From the IMG/VR virus record IMGVR_UViG_3300010356_002264: DNA of 64,000 bases; one strand, written 5' to 3'. Shown in pieces: positions 60,814 to 64,000 of this stretch (positions are counted from its first letter, which is position 1; each line of letters begins with the position of its first letter). A program made the position numbers and the translations under genes. The DNA comes from a virus (Duplodnaviria; Caudoviricetes). Under the pieces are notes generated by a model, which was not told where the DNA came from, made no database searches, and saw nothing but the letters and a program-made list of their open reading frames with translations.

Positions 60814-60920
60814 ACCAAAAGAAAAACAGCGATCATCAGCTCCTGCCGCTTACCTGCCCTCTACTGCGAGTCAGTCCGGCTCGATTCGGACATAGACTCC
60901 GCAAAAAAGAACGAGACCTC

Positions 60921-60960
60921 AAAAAAACTTCTTGACCCTTAAACGGGTATGACGTAGAAA
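60921..60960 (+). promoter_or_regulatory. sigma70-type promoter of the tRNA operon
   Basis: A-tract (UP-like), TTGACC at 60932-37, 17-nt spacer, TAGAAA at 60955-60. Confidence 0.65.
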
Positions 60961-60970
60961 GAACTTCACC

Positions 60971-61132
60971 ATGTTGGCCCTGACGCAAAAAACAGACCTG
61001 ACGAACCGTGGAAGTTCCACGGCCCCGTCATATCTGCGCGCAGGGACCAATCTGGTGGCGATGCCGGGTTTTGCGGCCTCGAAGCGCCAGCCCTGCCACC
61101 TTGGTTGGATCGCTAGCACGCCTGGACCTTAG
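60971..61132 (+). CDS. putative attenuator leader peptide (53 aa, not in ORF track)
   Basis: MLALTQKTDLTNRGSSTAPSYLRAGTNLVAMPGFAASKRQPCHLGWIASTPGP; starts just after the promoter; stop codon lies in the antiterminator arm. Confidence 0.6.
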   Translation: MLALTQKTDLTNRGSSTAPSYLRAGTNLVAMPGFAASKRQPCHLGWIASTPGP

Positions 61133-61170
61133 AGTAACCTCGAAGAGAGCTTAACTCGAAGGGCCGGGCG
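61119..61170 (+). promoter_or_regulatory. antiterminator hairpin (mutually exclusive with the terminator)
   Basis: CGCCTGGACCTT (61119-30) pairs 11/12 with AAGGGCCGGGCG (61159-70); GAGT/ACTC extends the stem. Confidence 0.6.
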
Positions 61171-61199
61171 GTGAAGACCTCCCGGCCCTTCGACGTTTT
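61156..61199 (+). terminator. intrinsic terminator upstream of the tRNA cluster
   Basis: 13-bp perfect stem TCGAAGGGCCGGG/CCCGGCCCTTCGA plus 3 bp, followed by CGTTTT. Confidence 0.7.
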
Positions 61200-61242
61200 G
61201 GGGTCCTAGGACTCCGATGGAGAACGCAGAAGGACGGTGTAT

Positions 61243-61312
61243 ATGTCGCGATCAGGGATCAGGTTGGTCTCCAAAACCGACCAGCGGGGTTCAATTCCTC
61301 GGCGACATGCCA
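61243..61312 (+). tRNA. tRNA-Trp(CCA), truncated D-arm
   Basis: ATGTCGC/GCGACAT acceptor, CTCCAAA loop, TTCAATT T-loop, encoded CCA. Confidence 0.8.
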
Positions 61313-61313
61313 A

Positions 61314-61386
61314 GCCCTCGTAGCACAACTGGCGGTGCGTCGGTTTCGTAAACCGAAGGTAGTCGGTTCGAGTCCGGCCGAGGGCA
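61314..61386 (+). tRNA. tRNA-Thr(CGT)
   Basis: Cloverleaf; TCGGT-TTCGTAA-ACCGA. Confidence 0.9.
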
Positions 61387-61428
61387 CAAGTATCGACATA
61401 GGTGCGTGCGTGAATCGCGCATAGCATT

Positions 61429-61501
61429 GCGGGACTAGCTCATCCGGTAGAGTGCCTGGTTGCCAATCAGGAGGTGGAGGGTTCAAGTCCCTCGTCCCGC
61501 A
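61429..61501 (+). tRNA. tRNA-Gly(GCC)
   Basis: CCTGG-TTGCCAA-TCAGG; A73. Confidence 0.9.
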
Positions 61502-61515
61502 CTGTAGGAACATAT

Positions 61516-61601
61516 CCCGGCGTATACCGTTATGGACACGGGGCAGACTGTAAATCTGTCGCCTTCGGGTAGGGGGGGTTCGATTCCCTCCGCCGGGACC
61601 A
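61516..61601 (+). tRNA. tRNA-Tyr(GTA), C1:G72
   Basis: GCAGA-CTGTAAA-TCTGT, long variable arm, CCA. Confidence 0.9.
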
Positions 61602-61747
61602 TGCGAGCGACCATCTATACGGTGGGCTCGCCTCTCTCAGCCCCGCAAGAGCTGAGAGGCTGACAACTCAAGAGTGAGAGATGAAGAGCGCGGGGCTCGC
61701 GCCACTTCCCGGGGTGATGCTCGAAGGTGGTCAGTCCCGCGCAGTAT

Positions 61748-61819
61748 GCGCCCGAGGCCGACTGGTGAGGCAGCTGATTCTTAATCAGTTTGAGGTGGGT
61801 TCGATCCCCACTGGGCGCA
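61748..61819 (+). tRNA. tRNA-Lys(CTT)
   Basis: GCTGA-TTCTTAA-TCAGT. Confidence 0.88.
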
Positions 61820-61881
61820 CTCAAGGAGCCACACATGCAGACCAAACGCGCGGCGAGGGGAGCTCGCAGTCAGGACCCCGC

Positions 61882-61954
61882 GCCGCTGTAGCTCAACTGG
61901 CTGAGCAGCGTCCTTTTAAGTCGTTGGATGAGGGTTCGAGTCCCTCCAGCGGCA
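61882..61954 (+). tRNA. tRNA-Lys(TTT)
   Basis: GCGTC-CTTTTAA-GTCGT, one mismatch. Confidence 0.85.
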
Positions 61955-61973
61955 ACGATAAGGTAGAGTAGCT

Positions 61974-62075
61974 TTACCGACTCCCACGAACGGGCCCTAC
62001 AAGCACAGGTTCGACTCCTGTACCCTCCACTCTTACGGGGGGCGCGGTTAATGGTCCGCTCACTCGAGTTGGTAA
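61974..62075 (+). ncRNA. YrlA-like bacterial Y RNA (permuted tRNA mimic)
   Basis: 10-bp terminal stem, CGAACG motif, then T-arm, loop-closed acceptor stem and D-arm in permuted order. Confidence 0.7.
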
Positions 62076-62078
62076 CAT

Positions 62079-62153
62079 GCGGGTTTGGCCGAGCGGCCCA
62101 GGCACCAGCTTCCCAAGCTGGACACGAGGGTTCAACTCCCTCAACCCGTACCA
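62079..62153 (+). tRNA. tRNA-Gly(CCC)
   Basis: CCAGC-TTCCCAA-GCTGG; A73; CCA. Confidence 0.9.
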
Positions 62154-62154
62154 T

Positions 62155-62227
62155 GCGAGCGTCGCCCGACCGGCCGGGCACCAGCCTTCCAAGCTGGACC
62201 AAGCGGGTTCGAGTCCCGTCGCTCGCT
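62155..62227 (+). tRNA. tRNA-Gly(TCC)
   Basis: CCAGC-CTTCCAA-GCTGG; U73. Confidence 0.88.
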
Positions 62228-62267
62228 CTGACAGCTCGGCGGGTAGTTCCTTCCCAGAGGAACTCCC

Positions 62268-62939
62268 ATGAAGATCTGCAAGGATGGCAAGCGGGTCGTT
62301 GTTACGGACCACGCCGCAACACGGTACGCCGCTCGGTACGACCGCGGGCTTGGGGTCGAGGAGGCCCGCACGAAGCTGGGGGTCCACATCATGAAGTCGA
62401 GCGCCAAGCGGCTCGTGGACAAGTCTCCCGCGGGGGACCCCCTCATGCTGCTACCGGAACTCGACTGCGTGGTGGTGATCAAGCCAGACAACCGAGAGGG
62501 GCACGAGGGGGACCTCGTGGTCCCCACGGTCCTCGACAACCCGGATCGAAAGGTGAACCGAGGGCCGATGTACGAGAAGCTCGCGGCGATGTCCAACCTG
62601 CGCGCGACCCTCCCCGCGCAGGTGCAGGATCCGCCGCCGCCTCAAGCCCCCGAGGAACCCGAGGAACCAGAGGAACCAGAGGAACCAGAGGAGCCGCCGA
62701 AGTCGACACCTAGCGTTGACTGGCTGGAGCTCCAGCAGCTTCGTCGAATGCGTGACCAGCTAGATGTCCTGGTCGCCTCGTTGCGGAAGCGTGAGCAGCA
62801 CATTCGGGTCTCGGTCGCGGGCATCCCGGAGAACCTGAACCTTCAGGGGTGGGCCGACCGCCACATGACGCTGGCCGTGGAGCTAGGGTCCATCGGGGAC
62901 GAGGTCGAGCGCTTGCTAGCGCAGACTGCTCGGGCGTAG
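62268..62939 (+). CDS. hypothetical protein inside the tRNA cluster (TDHA..RY N-terminal domain, EEP repeats)
   Basis: CAGCTC at -36; stop codon overlaps tRNA-Gln. Confidence 0.7.
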   Translation: MKICKDGKRVVVTDHAATRYAARYDRGLGVEEARTKLGVHIMKSSAKRLVDKSPAGDPLMLLPELDCVVVIKPDNREGHEGDLVVPTVLDNPDRKVNRGPMYEKLAAMSNLRATLPAQVQDPPPPQAPEEPEEPEEPEEPEEPPKSTPSVDWLELQQLRRMRDQLDVLVASLRKREQHIRVSVAGIPENLNLQGWADRHMTLAVELGSIGDEVERLLAQTARA

Positions 62940-63002
62940 CTCAACGGTAGCAGCGGCGGCCTTTGACACCGCAGGTTGGGGGTTCGAGTCCCTCCGCCCG
63001 AA
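62930..63002 (+). tRNA. tRNA-Gln(TTG)
   Basis: U1:A72, CTTTGAC loop, TTCGAGT T-loop. Confidence 0.85.
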
Positions 63003-63041
63003 CTCACTGAACGTCGTATCACTCGCCACAGGGCGAGTCGC

Positions 63042-63114
63042 TGGGGTGTAGCTCAACTGGCAGAGCGCCGGTTTCTGAAACCGTCGGTTGAAGGTTCGAC
63101 TCCTTCCACCCCAA
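63042..63114 (+). tRNA. tRNA-Gln(CTG)
   Basis: TGGGGTG/CACCCCA acceptor, TTCTGAA loop. Confidence 0.88.
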
Positions 63115-63133
63115 CTCAGCTTTGGATTCTTCT

Positions 63134-63217
63134 GGAGGGTGCTTCTGGGGTGGCCCGGAGCCTGTTTGCTAAACAGTGCGTGTGTAACAGCACAGGGTTC
63201 GACTCCCTCACCTTCCG
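63134..63217 (+). tRNA. tRNA-Ser(GCT), 8/4 fold
   Basis: GGAGGGTG/CACCTTCC acceptor; AGGG/CCCT T-stem. Confidence 0.85.
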
Positions 63218-63235
63218 CTCAACTTGACCTGACAA

Positions 63236-63317
63236 GGGAAGCAAACGCGGTGTGGACCGCGACCCGTCTCGAAAACGGTGTGCTGCAAGGCATGGGGTTC
63301 GACTCCTCTGCTTCCCG
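63236..63317 (+). tRNA. tRNA-Ser(CGA), 8/4 fold
   Basis: GGGAAGCA/TGCTTCCC acceptor; GGGG/CCTC T-stem. Confidence 0.85.
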
Positions 63318-63321
63318 CTCT

Positions 63322-63407
63322 GGAGGGTATCTGCGGTGTGGACCGCAGCCTGCTTGGAACGCAGTGCGCTCGGGCAACTGGGCGGGGTTCGACTCCTCTA
63401 CCTTCCG
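63322..63407 (+). tRNA. tRNA-Ser(GGA), 8/4 fold
   Basis: GGAGGGTA/TACCTTCC acceptor; GGGG/CCTC T-stem. Confidence 0.85.
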
Positions 63408-63409
63408 CT

Positions 63410-63600
63410 TTCCCGGTAGACCAAGAGAAGCGCTGTCCTGGCCCAAGTGCGCCGCAAGGCCCCAAGGTGTCCGGTCGTGCAGCGGGCGCGCATCTGGCGC
63501 GGTTGTAGAGGTCGCCACCCCGACGGGGGAAACCCCAGGAAGATGCCCTGGCAAAGGGATAGTGGTGGAGGTGCCGGTTGGATACCGGCCCGGGATTTCA
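63410..63600 (+). ncRNA. tRNA-scaffold structured RNA with expanded D-loop and anticodon loop
   Basis: All four tRNA stems are present in canonical order, with an 87-nt D-loop and a 44-nt anticodon loop. Confidence 0.65.
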
Positions 63601-63613
63601 TGGTTGTGCAGAT

Positions 63614-63699
63614 GGAGGAACCACCCGACGTGGCGACGGGACCTGTCTTGAAAACAGGCGAGGTGCAAGCCCTTGGGGGTTCGACTCCCTCTTCTTCCG
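63614..63699 (+). tRNA. tRNA-Ser(TGA), canonical 7/5
   Basis: CCTGT-CTTGAAA-ACAGG, long variable arm. Confidence 0.9.
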
Positions 63700-63716
63700 C
63701 AAGGTAGAGTATGCAC

Positions 63717-64000
63717 ATGTCCGAAGGAATGCAGAAGCTCCTAGACCTTCTCCTCACGCGTCCCCCCCTCTCTGAGGACCAAGTCAAGGCTCGCGGCCTC
63801 GCGTGGCGCGAGGCCGTCGTTGCGCTCATCGTGACCCTGGAGAACTGGCTACAACCGCTAGTCGCCGCGAACGTGGTCACGGTGACCCGCACGGAGCACG
63901 ACCTACAGGACATGTGGATGGGGTCTAACACCGTGCCGGGCCTCGTAATGCGGTACGGGCTCGTCGAGGTCCGATTCGAGCCCTTGGGTGTACAGGCGGC
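63717..64000 (+). CDS. hypothetical protein, partial (runs off the window edge)
   Basis: GGTAGAGT-N6-ATG; frame open to the end. Confidence 0.6.
   Translation, partial: MSEGMQKLLDLLLTRPPLSEDQVKARGLAWREAVVALIVTLENWLQPLVAANVVTVTRTEHDLQDMWMGSNTVPGLVMRYGLVEVRFEPLGVQA

Noticed and set aside
60865-60908. Hairpin plus A-tract as a terminator
   Set aside because: The A-tract is on the wrong side to give a U-tail on either strand; function unclear.
60961-61199. T-box riboswitch upstream of the tRNAs
   Set aside because: No T-box bulge consensus (UGGNACC) in the antiterminator, and an ORF ending in the antiterminator arm explains the layout better.
61974-62075. Permuted tmRNA or pseudo-tRNA
   Set aside because: No tag reading frame or pseudoknot region; the closed ~100-nt fold fits a Y RNA.
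63410-63600. tmRNA or group I intron-containing tRNA
   Set aside because: No G3:U70/A73 alanine identity, a real D-stem is present, and the inserts are far too short for a group I core.

Overview
High-GC (about two-thirds G+C) segment of a large contractile-tailed (myovirus-like, probably jumbo) bacteriophage. Baseplate and tail genes (two tube-initiator-like paralogs, a hub protein with an inserted amidase, a gp5/VgrG-like spike, baseplate J, a wedge protein and a gp25-like protein) are scattered among many accessory genes. These include an OmpA-fused ABC transporter, an RlmN-like radical SAM, ASCH, DGQHR, NADAR, two RNA-ligase-like proteins, Nudix, CarD/CdnL, JAB, TatD, an RNase Z-like MBL protein, Ppx/GppA, a PAPS-reductase-like protein and Dps. 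The window ends in a cluster of 14 tRNAs. Main observations: (1) the tRNA operon sits behind what looks like a ribosome-dependent attenuator whose 53-codon leader peptide contains a codon for every downstream tRNA, i.e. a candidate general tRNA-depletion sensor; (2) a ~190-nt tRNA-scaffold RNA with large structured inserts in its D-loop and anticodon loop; (3) a YrlA-like Y RNA; (4) three 8/4 tRNA-Ser and tRNAs with non-bacterial identity elements; (5) a window-wide two-class leaderless promoter code (CAGCTC-N18-CGACTA-N6-ATG versus GGTAnnnT-N6-ATG) together with a phage CarD; (6) an extreme C-rich to G-rich strand switch near 48 kb. All calls come from reading the sequence by eye; no searches or folding programs were run, and the host cannot be determined from this window.
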